A DNA stretch of 64,000 nt from Dipteris shenzhenensis (lineage: Eukaryota), in NCBI GenBank assembly GCA_047967505.1, contig CM106538.1. One strand, 5' to 3'. Positions within the stretch are counted from its first letter, which is position 1; every line of letters begins with the position of its first letter. Positions 50,600 to 62,579 of the stretch are shown here, piece by piece. A program made the position numbers and the translations under genes. Below the pieces are notes generated by a model that was not told the origin of the DNA, searched no databases, and saw only the letters and a list, made by a program, of their open reading frames with translations.

Positions 50600-51620
50600 A
50601 GGAGACATGGTCATATGTCTTGTACAACCAATATCTAGGAGGGACTCCTCATAGTCTCAACTTCACTCACTAGTCATCCTTGAAATTTGACAACGTTTCA
50701 ACCACATCTACAAGAAGATTCTAGGTAAGAGCAAATAGTTGATATGTTGCTGGCCATGGTAACATCCTTCTTAAGGAAGTCGTGTACTTCATGTACCATT
50801 TAACCAAATGTTCCAAATTTTCAGCCCAAGCTTATGTACAACCACTATGTTAGAATAATGTGACTTGCATCTTAAGACTTAACTCTAAAAATATTAGACC
50901 AATGTTGAAGCCAAATATTCTGTAATGCATAACTCTTGATTTCTTGCCAGTTTCTTTGGCTTTGGAACATCCTCAAGCAAAATATATGCATAATTTAAGG
51001 AATAGGGACGATATGATTCCTCCACATTCTAAAAACTAACAGAATGCATACAACTCATAAATAAGTGGGTATGTCCTTGTGCATCTTGTGATATCTCCTA
51101 CATCTCCCATCAACCCTACCTTATCACTTTGGCCTTGCTAGCTGTCCATATTGCTTTATGTGTCATCAACCATAGTAAAATGAGTGCTTCTCAAGGATCA
51201 ACTTGATCTAGATCCTTCAAATCTACCTAACTAGACCTTGACAAAGTCTTTCCTATGCCATTTCTTGTCGAGGTATTCCTCACATATGGGGATAGAAAAA
51301 ATCCTTCTTCCAATCCATTTGTATTCCTTGAGTGTAGGTTGCTGCTTGCCACCCATCTAGAGGCCAAGGCATCTTTGTCTCGAATTCGTCTTCTTTCTTG
51401 CATCAACATTAAGTTAAACCTGTTCAATATGAAAGTCCTTTGCTGTTCTCTATTTATACCCCTTTGATTGTCCTAGAGGACTTGCCAATGTGTTATCCCT
51501 TTCTTGTTCAGCCTTGGAGCCCCTTTCATTGTAGCATCCTTTACGGGATATTCACTCCAAATGATTGAGAACCATATAGAGTTGTTAACCACATTGGTTA
51601 ACAAAAGCACCATTTTAACA
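50600..51620 (-). mobile_element. Highly decayed gypsy integrase/pol remnant
   Basis: Short stretches (AIWTA..KV, GHTP-like, PWP/GP-like) resemble the gypsy integrase C-terminus; no open frame survives. Confidence 0.4.
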
Positions 51621-51669
51621 TCTTGACATTTTTGTGGATCTAAAAAGATCATTTAGTAGAATGTATACG

Positions 51670-52193
51670 TGATTCTTCCTTGGAGCCATATGGGTCCAAG
51701 TGACTTGTAAAAAAAGAGAAAAGAAAGAGTGGACATAAGATAATAGGGTTGGTCCTCCCTTCAAAAGGTGAGATGTATATAAAACCAAAAGTTTGACTTT
51801 GGTCTTCACTTGTTTGCACAAGTTTGGAATACAAGCTCTCTTTTCTCACAATGATTTTTTTTTACTCTTCTCTTGTTTTTCATTGTAGTGTCCTTGTGAT
51901 TGCCACTTTGCTCCTCTCTCTTTCCCCCTCATCCTCATCCTCATACTCATCCTCACCCTCATCCTTATCCTCATCCTCATCCTCCCCCTTCCCATTCTCT
52001 TTCCCCATCTCCCCACCCCCTTTCTTCTTGTGGAGTCACATTGCAATAATCAGGAAGCTTAGAGTGACACTAGTGGTCGAAAAGCCTTTGCATCACTCCC
52101 AACTAGGAGTCAGGTGGAGTAAAGCTCATCGACGTGTCGGGCACATCCCCATGATCGCTAGGACCAACACATTTTCGGTGCCGCTACTAGGGG
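51670..52193 (+). mobile_element. Athila-like LTR 3' portion (ends 52171) with tRNA-Asp-type PBS
   Basis: ..CAACACA is followed by TTTTCGGTGCCGCTACTAGGGG, a decayed TGGCGCCGTTGCCGGGG. Homologous to 35580-36128. Confidence 0.7.
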
Positions 52194-52944
52194 TAGCCAA
52201 GTATGCTTTTGCATTGTGTTTTGTTTCCTTTAGTTATCTACCCATTGCCTAATGCTTTCTAGCTTAACTAGGAGTGTTGGTTCTAGAGAATAGGAAGAGG
52301 TTGAGTAAAAGAAAGAAGAATACCTATGTTTTCTATTTTTGGAGCATTTGAGGTGAATGTGAGTTGTTTTTTGGTGTTTTGTGTTGTCAAATCATATTAG
52401 AAGCTAGTTTAGATGATCGCTAAGGTGTTTGTACAATCAAATTTCAAGAAAAATACTATGAAATGATATTTTTGCATGAATTTCCAGTTCTTGGGAAGAT
52501 AAAAAATTCACATCATAGAAAAGTTTCCATTTTTGCTACAAAATATTGTTCTTTTTTTTGCAATTGGTAGAATAAGTAATATAGGGCCCTCAGAAGCATA
52601 AAACTCTCCACAAAAACTCAATATTAGTGGAAAATAATCAAACTCTTATTGATGAACTACATGGAACAAGAAATGTTCGGCGACATGTTGCATTAGTGCT
52701 AACGTGATGCCACATCACATTATAACGCAATGCCATGTAGCATTAACTCACCAAACTCTGATAGATCCTACCAACTGCTAGTTGACATTTAATGCTCATG
52801 TAGTGCTGTCAGTCCCCTACCCACGTTGCAATAACCTTAACGCAACACCGATGCCTTACTGTAATGTAGCCCCCGATGTGATATCTGTAATGTGGTAGGG
52901 AGTCTTCTGTACCTTACCAACACTCGCCTCGACATCTCTTTTCC

Positions 52945-53395
52945 GTTGGAGTCTTATGCAAGTTCTGTGCCAAACCCAAGGAGGCACACTGGAGAGCAGA
53001 ATTAAGAGTCCTATGGTACCTACAATGTACAGTACCTATGGCATTACCTACACCTCAGACCTGGACCTTGGGGATTTCTATGATTCCAACTGTGGGCCAG
53101 GGACTTCGACACTCGAAGATCCACTACAAGCTATTGTTTTGTGCTTTCTTTAGGAGTTATCTCATGGCTCAACAAGAAGCAACCTTCTGTTGCCCTCTCA
53201 TCAACGGAGGCAAAGTACAAGGCTACATGCACTGCAGTATGCGAATCTTTATGGCTCAGATGGATGTTGGAGGATCTGGACCAGACATAGACCGAGGCGA
53301 TCGTGATCCTGTGTGACAACCAGAGTTGCATGGAGATTGCAAAGAATCCAATGTTTCGCACCAAAACCAAGCACATCAAGGTTCACTACCGTTAT
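52945..53395 (+). mobile_element. Copia RT/RNase H fragment
   Basis: SWLNKKQPSVALSSTEAKYKA..DNQSCMEIAKNPMFRTKTKHIKVHY. Confidence 0.85.
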
Positions 53396-54539
53396 GATGT
53401 TTGAGCATCAAGCGTAACACGATGGAAATACCATCATCCATAACATAGCATCCTATAGGGAAGCCCATCATATTAGCCTCCATAATGCAATGTCCTACAT
53501 AGGTTTCTTGAAGGGTTGCAATCATTCATCTAGACTGCTCATTGTATTAGCCTCCATAATGTAGCATCCTATAGAGGTTGCTTGAAGGTCTAGTAGGGTC
53601 CTTGGAACAAAACCTAAACCCAAAGATAGCATTTCCAAAAATATCCTATTTAGCTATACCTATGAAGTTTTGCATCTGCCCATTTTGGAACTTTAGTCTT
53701 GAGTGCCTATTCTATGCACATACCGCCCCAAGAGGAGACATCTAGCTCCGAAAAATCAATGAGTGCGCCTATTTTGTGCACATACCACCTAAAAGGACAC
53801 ATCTAGCCTTGGAGGTCCCAAACTCCATCTCAATACCTCACTCCCCTACTCCCTCTGCATAACAGCCCGAATAAGAGGTATCTTTGCCAACATGATGGGA
53901 AGGTTTGGATTCTCAGAGTCTTCAAATAGGGTAAACCCATTTGCTCAGCAAAGCCAGGATTAGGAAGAGCCCCAACATCCCCCACAGTTTCCACCCCACT
54001 TGTGTTGTCAGTGGTCTAGGGAGCTAGATCTCATCGGGTTCAAGGGCAACCCACTTTATGGTGATAGTCAGTCATTTGGACATGAATTTGGTTCACGACC
54101 ATCAAAAGACTTTCATGTAGATCCAAGTAGGCAACATAGTTTTCCAGGAGGTCTGCTTGTGAGACCCTCTACTACTAAAGCACGAACATTCTTGGCTTGG
54201 AACCAATATAGAGAGGTATGCCCTATCCAACAAACAGCCCATGTAGACCCATGTTTCGAGTGAATGTGCCAATCCCTAGAGGGCCACTAGTCCAACCACG
54301 AGGCCTATCTGGCCCCACTCCATCATTCTAGTGTTTGGGGGATCAGGATCTAGAAATACTACCTTTGTGCCATTGAATCAGTGGACCACCATTCTAACGG
54401 ACGAGGACACGAGGATCCTAGTGCAAGCACTAGGAAGGGAGTCAACCACACCTTTAGTGTTTCTAGGAAGGGATACAAATCCCTTGAGAAGAAAACCTAT
54501 CACAATCTCAAATTTAACCATTGAAAAATAACCATTGAA

Positions 54540-55060
54540 AAGGGAGACCCAGTCAGTCTCCTATGTTGAAAAATAACCATTGAAAAGGGAGACCCAGTCA
54601 GTCTCCCATGTTGAACACTTTGAGAAGATTTGTGAGACATTTGGTGACGTTGAAGATTTGGACAAGGTTATTGCTTTATGATTTAAGTCTTGATGGTAAG
54701 GCTAGACAATGGTTCAGGGCACTAAACCCTAAAGAGAAAATCAATTTCATAGTGGGGTTCACCCATAGTGGAGCCTTATCAACCAGCTTTATGAGGTAAA
54801 GAAGATGGAGACAGAGCCCTTAAGGGACTATATCACCAAGATTAGACATCTGAATTTGCAATGCAAGCCCCACGAAAGGATGAGCGATGCGTAGCTTCTG
54901 ACATGTTTTCTCTTTGGCCTATGGGATCCTAAGCTTCATGATCACTTGTTTGCCATGATTCCCATGTCGTATGAGTTATGCAGTAAGATGACATTATGCC
55001 TAGGTGACAACATGATGGAGAAAGCTCAAATGGATAAACCTGCAGCTTCCTCTAACGTGT
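54540..55060 (+). mobile_element. Decayed gypsy gag (probably belonging to the LTR/PBS at 51670-52193)
   Basis: VEHFEKICETFG, LSLDGKARQWFRAL, EPLRDYITKIRHL and CFLFGL: Retrotrans_gag pattern with frameshifts. Confidence 0.75.
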
Positions 55061-55908
55061 CACAAATGGTGAAGTATCCAACCTCAAAAAGCAACCAAAG
55101 AGACAAGAGCACCTTGCAAGGGAATGAACATAGAAGAGTTGGCCCTAATCTTCTGAACCAACTAGGTCAACAATGGAAGGCAAGAGTGTCCAAGGAGACT
55201 CCTAGCAACCCTCATTTCACTCCACTATATTTCCTTCCATCTTTTGTTCTCTCAGACGGGCTGTTGTCACCAACCTTGTAACATCTCCTTTCCCACTTCT
55301 TCGCTTATTCACTTTCTTTGATTTCTTCTCCATTCGGCTCCTTGCAAGATGTCTGCTCTCTCATGACTCTCTCAAAGGTTCACTTTCAAACTTTGTCTCT
55401 CATCTTAACCAAGTGCATACGAGTTGTTTGAACCCAGAACATTCCCGCAAGGCTTCAAGTTTCATGGGTTTACCTTCTCATTGCTACTGTGTCACGTTTC
55501 CCGTTGGTTGATCTAGGCCCTCTTGGCATTTTGCCCTTCCTTGCTCTTTTCCTTGCTAGTATCTCTATCCCGTTTGTAATACCACTCTATGTCAATAAAG
55601 AATACAATTTTCAAATTATTTTCTTATTTGTTACAAAATATTGTTTCCTTTTGCATGTAAGTAAAATTGAGTATTATTTCCTTTTACATGTTCCATTGAC
55701 ATTTACTGTTTATTATCTCATTTTGCATGTAAGTAAATTGAGATTACATGTAAGTAAATTGTAGATTGCAAATACAATGAAAATATATTTGAGATTGCAC
55801 ATACAAAAAAGACACTTTACTATATTGAAAAGAGGATGATTCAAAACTGATGCCCAAAGGCAGAGTACATGAACTCTTACTATCACACAAGGTGTATATA
55901 CAAAAAAC

Positions 55909-56652
55909 CTAAGTGCCCTTGGGCTTCCTAAGACGGACATTAAACTGCATATCGTTGGCGGTCACAGTGACCCTTTTCCTGTGGATTGTAGCCAGTTGGG
56001 TTTCATCCATGAGGTCTACCAGGTAGGCCTCAGCTGCATGTTGCAAGGCATCTCTGGAAATATGCCATGGAGCCTCCACAATTGCACGCCTATAATACCA
56101 TGACATGGGACTATTGTTGAGGTCCTGCAAGACCTTGCGTACCACCCTTGCGAAGCTTGCCATCAAGATGAGCAGATCCATAGACTTTTGAAACTTTTTA
56201 ATTTCCCAAATTGCCATAGTCCCTAGCTTGAACTTGTATCTCCTCATTGGAGGAGGGCTCTTTGCCCTTTACATGGAGGGCCTCTTCCTGGATGTGGAGG
56301 GCCTCTTTGCCCTAGATCTGGAGGTGGATGTCCTCTCCTCATGGGTGTGGATGCTGATTCTCTGCTCTTGACTTGGTCCTTTGCTCTGTCCTTCACTATT
56401 GCTCTTCCTTCGCTCCTCCTCCGTGCTCTTTGAGTCACATGTCTCTGCATTATGATCTTATGTGCCTTCCTCTGTCCGTCTTTTTGTGGTCCTGCCCCTT
56501 GCTCCCTCTCTATCGGCCTCCGAAATGGCAGTTTCTCCCTTTGACATGGATCATCACGGGGAGAGGAGGGGGGATATCACTCTCTATCTTGAGTCTAGAG
56601 ATGGGTTTTGCTGTGCCAATCTCTTTGGTGCATTAATATTGGGCCTAGCCAT
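55909..56652 (-). pseudogene. Intronless divergent histone H3-like (CENH3-like architecture) gene, 247 codons, five in-frame stops in the N-tail
   Basis: ATG at 56652 (MARPNINAPKR) is in frame with the 56247-55909 ORF, 405 nt downstream. That ORF is a histone H3 fold: YKFKLGTMAIWEIKKFQKSMDLLI, SFARVVRKVLQD, ALQHAAEAYLVDLMDETQLATIHRKRVTVTANDMQFNVRLR. Confidence 0.88.
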
Positions 56653-56754
56653 GGAGGATGGAGAGAGTGTGCAAGAGAAAGGGTGAGGGTGCGAGAGAAA
56701 GGGTGTAAATGTCAGGGGCAAGTGGGAGGTGGTTCAAACAATGAAATGAAAATC

Positions 56755-58450
56755 CTCAAGTTTGTGTTAAGCTAGATGTGGCTGTCGACCTTCTTTACAA
56801 CCTAGTGATTGTCAATAGAAATGGGAGTATACTTGGAGCAACCATTAGTGTACAATAATTTACCTAATTCTTGTTTCCTTTGTGGGTTATCTACCCATAC
56901 AATAAAAAACTGTCCCTTGAAAAGAAATGAATCCAAGACCCCACAGGAATATCCTCAGCAACATGCTAACCAACCCTCCAAACCCAAGTGGACTGTAAAA
57001 GACAAAAAGAAACCTCAAACACAGGAAGGAGTTGCAGATAAAAGAATCAACAATGCACCTGTCAAAGAGCCAGAAGGAGTGAAGAACACTAAGGTACACT
57101 TAGGGGAGGACAGAGTCACTTTTCCTCTGGCTACTAACAATGCTTATGAAGCCTTGATAGAGCATGAAACTAAGCAATGGATCCAGGTAGCAAAAATGGA
57201 AGAGGATGAGGTCCAGCCTGGATGGTCAAAGGAATTTGAATATGATGTCAACCAATAGGATGCAAGTATGATTGACTCTCAGTTAGATGACTCAAAGGAG
57301 GAAATTCCTTTGTACCAGCTAAACCATGAGCCACAGTTCAAAATAAGAGAAGAATTTGTTAGGTCAAAGGCTAGAGTGTCCCTCCCAAAAACATTGCCCC
57401 TAAGGCAAAAAAGGGGAAGAACATAAATGGTAAGTAGCCCCTTTTCATTCCTCACATAAAATGTGTGTGGATTGACTGACCCTTTGAGGAGTCAGAAATT
57501 AGCCAATTGGTTGAGAGGAAACTCTCTTTCTCCAACCTTTCTTGCCCTGCAAGAAGTTAAAGTTATCAATGATGTCTTGTTAAATAGACTCAAAAGCATT
57601 GATAGCATAAGAGTGTGGTTTTTAACCTCTCATGAAGAGGGTAGAGGTGGGACTGCAATAAGGTACAAAGACTGTGTGTCCAAGTGTTAGCAAGATGTAA
57701 ACCACAAATGGATCAAGTGCCAGCTGAAAAGAATAGCTTTTACTATGGTTTTGGTTTATGCTCCAACTGGAACTATGATTAGAAGAGCCACATGGGATAC
57801 ATTGATGGGTATTGGCAGTGATTGTGTGATATTAGGGGACTTTAATATGGTTGAGGGGCCACAGGATAGATGGTTGTAGAAGGGTCTGTGCTTAGAGGCC
57901 CTGAGCTGCAAATCTCAGAAGACCTTATGGAAAACTTACAACTAGTGGACATTGGTACATCTGGCATTTTTACCTGGTGCAATAAACAGATAGGGGAGCT
58001 CAAAAGAGAGGTAAGACTGGATAGAGTGCATGTCTCATTGTCTCTTTTAGATCAATCTTTGGAAGTCAAACAAAAGACCTTCTCCTCCCACACCTTATTA
58101 GACCATAAACCTATCTCTGCCTGGCTACATATGGGGAATGGTAGGAAAGGTAGCTCTTGGTTTAAAGCTGACCCCTCCTTATTCAAACTTCAGAGTGTTT
58201 AGAAACAGGTCATTGAAAAATGGAACATGGCCTTCTCTACAAAATCTTGCTCTCAGGGATGGCAAAATGCTGTGCTAAGTGTTCAAACAATTTTAAAAGA
58301 ACCAAGAAAAAGCAGAGCTACCATTAGGGCTAGGTGAATGGATAAGTTGAAGGAAGAACTGGAACAACTAGAGCAAAAAGCTAGTTTACAGGACAATAAT
58401 GCCTAGCAATAACTTCTAGACAAAAGAAAGGAAATCAGAAACGAATAGGC
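56755..58450 (+). mobile_element. L1-type LINE remnant: ORF1 3' part (zinc knuckle) and ORF2 AP-endonuclease from ATG 57427
   Basis: YNNLPNSCFLCGLSTHTIKNCP; T*NVCGL, LALQEVK, VYAP, LGDFN, FTWCN, RLDRV and DHKPI. Confidence 0.88.
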
Positions 58451-58849
58451 ATGTGTACATCTCTAGGAAAACTAGAAACCTAAGAAAAACTCATTCCTTG
58501 GAAGTAACTTGCTTTCTTTATCAATTTGGGCCCTCCCACTTTTCTTGATATTGGTCCATAACTTTATGGTAGGATTGTCTCATATTTATTTGTGTATATC
58601 AATTTCTTTTGTGATATCTACATTGAATGGATTGGGGTGATGAGCCTTATAAAGAGCTATGTATTCCTAAGATAACGTGAATGTGCTATAGATTTTAGGA
58701 ATTGATTTGTTGTTACAATTTCAAATTCTTTGGAAGTATGATAAATCATTCAATTAGTATGTTCTTTCAGCTATCTATTTTTTTTGTCAAGGACATATGT
58801 CTCGTGATGTCAAGTAGATTGGGAGAGGTACATCCTAATGGTGGAGGCC

Positions 58850-59470
58850 ATGAGTACGCAATCTATGATTAGACTCTTTCATATTTTTAAAATCCTATCT
58901 AAAGTGCTCAAGATCAAGATGTAATAGGATAGGACATGATTGGATGCATCTTCACAAACTAGGGTGTAAGGGCTCTGCACATAGACTACTTTAAGATTTG
59001 GAAAATATCCTATGGCATCCCCATGATATTGGATTTAACTTTATACTTTGAAATTTTTTAATTTAAAATTTCTTGGTGTACAAGATAAAGAATTTTGTTG
59101 ATATTGTAGGTGATTGGAAGATCTAACATATTAACATATATTTCCTATGGGAATTTAGGAGTTAAGGTGGCATGACATGGGGAGTTCTAATCACCTAGAT
59201 GTCTCCTTGACTTTTTCTAACCTAAGCACCATCTTAGGGATGACTTACCATGTATGGGATGCCTTAAGAGGCTTGTTAGGAATTATTTATGCAATGCTAA
59301 ATTCACTTCTAAATTTTGAGCACTTTGGAGTGACAAAGTCAAAATGCATTGTGTTGTGGAATATATGTTAGGTAGATTTTGTTGAAGGGATAATTGCTAG
59401 CTCAAAGAGTCAAGATCCCCTACTCCATTTACAAGGATGTGAATTCCTTGAGGAGGAAGTATGTTATATT
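58850..59470 (+). mobile_element. Decayed gypsy (chromovirus-like) 3' end with PPT and start of LTR near 59462
   Basis: GSAHRL (AYRL-like) and LRWH-like stretches; CTTGAGGAGGAAGTA is followed by TGTTATA. Confidence 0.4.
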
Positions 59471-60539
59471 TTTTACTAACCACAGTTTACTAGTAGCTAG
59501 CCCTATGGTTAAGGGGAGCCTAGGCTACTAGCTGAAGATGGAAGGCCGTAGGACAGTTTTAGAAGTACCATCTACATTAAAGGACTACGATGTAAAGACA
59601 ATTCATTATATATTTAGCCATGTTGTAGAGTATATGTTGGCATGAGGGATTGGGCCATGGGCATTCATTGATCGAAGTATTTGGATCATGGATCTTAGTC
59701 GCAGGCATGGTAGATGGGCAAGCTAGTCCAATGCCTCCTCTGTGGAGGGGATGTCCATGGTATGGGGGGTGTCCATGGTACACTAGCAAGCTATTCCAAT
59801 ACATCCCTTGTGGAAGGGGGTATGGGGAGGCATGATTTCTACTAGGATAAGATTGGACCAAAGACCAAAGACCATGGTTGGGTGATGAGTTTCAAATGGT
59901 GGTGATTGTTGTAGGAGTTGTCAAGGACACCCAATCTCATCTTCTAGGTATGTTATTAGCACAATAGCAGGAACAGGATTTTGATGGTAAGGGCCATGAA
60001 CTGAAGGTTGATGTCATCTATTTTTCCCTAGGTACTCACATATTGTAGGGTCTTCTATTCATCCACCACATGATGGTTGCAATTGTGGCTACCCATGGAG
60101 TAGGTTCTTTGTATCTTATCTTGCTCAAATTTCTACAAGAAATGACTCATATACATAGCTTTCCTAATGATGAGATGTAATATGAAACAAATAAGGGAGA
60201 CACAAAGATGAGATGTATCTTGAATCAATTAAGGAAGACAAAGTAAAGTATTACAAATGACGATGAGATATAACCTAAAGCGAACAAGGAAAAACTTCAA
60301 GAAATAGAAAACATAATGTATATGCAATGCACATGCACAATTATTAGAAGTTAGAGAGAGAAGTCTTCACACATTGAACAAAATGCATAATATTTGTAGT
60401 GAGCCTTAGAGCATGGGGACAAACTAAGATCACCAACAAATTTAAGAAATTGATTGATGCCTCATAATTGAAAAAATTGCCTTAAATCTCACAAAATTTT
60501 TTCAAAATTGAGAGCTATTTAGAATATACATAATTGACA

Positions 60540-61950
60540 TGCTTTATAACTTGAGAGATGTATTCGTTGTTCAAATCCATGCCCTCATCTTAGCCATAGG
60601 GTTTCTTGCTTCGTGCTTTGTTGATGTTGTGTGCATGCTTCAATGCTAACACGCTTGTCTCAATCCTACTTATCCCAAGAATATGCAAGAGCATTATAGT
60701 GGATTTTGAAAGAGACCCTCTTGGAAGGCATAATTGCACTCAATGAGAACTTGGACATGTGCTCAAAGAACCAACCCACCACCACAAAGTAATTAGAGGC
60801 CATCAAATAAGGACTCTCTTTAGGATTGCCCATCATTGAGGAGTGTAGCTCCTTTGCAAATCAAGGGAGTGAGGTGACAATCTTAAGTTAGGAAACCCTC
60901 TATCCAATACAAAGGCTTTCCCAATTTGATTATCTAGATAGGCATAGCATGTAATTGTAGGCATTCATATCGACGTGTTTGATCAAGGAAGTGAGTTGAT
61001 AATCTTCAATTAGGTGTCCCTCTATCCAATATAAATAGTTTCCTTAGTTGATGATCCCAAAAGGCATAGATACACCATCTAGAGTGAAGTCTAAAATGTA
61101 ATTGTACGTATTCATATATGTATGTGAAGAACACTTCTTTCATGACCGTATCCAACAATGAGCAATGCACATAGTGTTGCTTGTGACTTCATAGCAAGAA
61201 CATCCACTCTTTTTGAGGCTCCTCCTTTCAAGGTAACTTTCTTATGAATTAGGAATAACTACCACAAAGGAGGGAGTAAGACATCTAAGAATTTCATGGA
61301 TGCTTTCTTCCATTAGAGTATGGAATTATGAGCTAGAGTTGATAATTTCCTATACACCAAATAGCTCAATAAACAAGGCAATGGGCCATGGTAATAAGTA
61401 TCTCAATATGCAAAGTTGCATTACAAAGCACATGATCAAGTCGAATTTATCTCACAACACATCACACAGAGAGTCTAAAGTACATTCATGCGCTGGAACC
61501 AATGTATCATTCCTTCCACAGCCTTCTCAAGCTACTTGTTTAGCTACAAGGCTTTGAGGGAAAAGTTGACCATGCACATGCAAATGTAGATGCATGCTTG
61601 GTGCCTAGACCTTATGATCCTACCTTTCCTTCTAATGTATTTTCAAGATGCTTGTGTAGTATCTACAAGGCTTTGATGGAAAACTTGACCACATATGTAC
61701 ATGGATGCATGCTTGGTACCAAAATTGTAGTTGGAGTTTCTCTTCTTGTGTGATCTCGAGATTACACTAGTTTGCAAGCCAACGAAGAAACTGGCAACAT
61801 GTTTCAATGCACTAACCATCAAGATTCATAGTGATCCCTTTCTTTGATACCGTCCTAAACGTCTATAGCTCTCATCTTGTTCCACTTTGTTAACCATCTA
61901 TTAGACTTTTACTATGCACCAACTAGCAAACTTATGAACTCACTCTTACA
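60540..61950 (-). mobile_element. Highly decayed gypsy pol remnant
   Basis: LAYES-like RNase H stretch near 61190 and C..Q..KPYG integrase zinc-finger-like stretch near 60600. Confidence 0.4.
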
Positions 61951-62579
61951 ATAGTGCTAAACCTCAAAAAGCACCTCCCAAGAAAGTGGGGATAAGAATA
62001 AGAGACAAATCATTGTGTTCAAAACTTGATACTTTTGAAAAGGCATGGAAGTCTTGGCACACTATTTAAAAGAGCTTGTCTTTCATTTTGTCTAGCTCCA
62101 CTTCAAATGGACACAACGCTCACAATCTCTTCCTCATTCAAACATATGATATATCTTACCACACCTTCCATGCTCCCATGATGGGAGGAATTTAGCCCTT
62201 CTCTATTTCCTTCTCTATGGCTAATGGCAAAACCTTAGCGGAGGATGGTCTTCCCATAACGTTTTATGTAAGTAGTTTTGGGAACCTATTGGGTCTTACC
62301 TTCTTGATGTGTGGTTAGAAAGTATGATGGCTTGGCTAAAGTTTTATATATTAAGTAGTTTTAGGAACCTATTCGGCCTTACCTTTTGGATGTGTGGCAA
62401 GAAATTCTTTTTCTTGGTTCTTCATGATGCAACAATGGAGGCATCATCAAGTAGATATATGAGGGGGGCCCAAAGAAGGCACTAAAAATTTGAAGACCTC
62501 TTACAATGCTTAATTATAGTTACAAGATCGTAGATAAGGCATTACCTACCAGTGTCAATATTGAAATGAAAGCTTGGTT

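Noticed and set aside
34812-52193. One giant gypsy element with LTRs at ~35-36 kb and ~52 kb capturing MIS12
   Set aside because: The two LTR remnants are strongly diverged and each is followed by its own PBS-like sequence, so both are 5' LTRs of separate insertions. No TSD was found.
55909-56652. Calling this the functional CENH3 gene
   Set aside because: It has five in-frame stops, no introns, a deletion in helix 2, and lacks the usual W84 and T107 substitutions.
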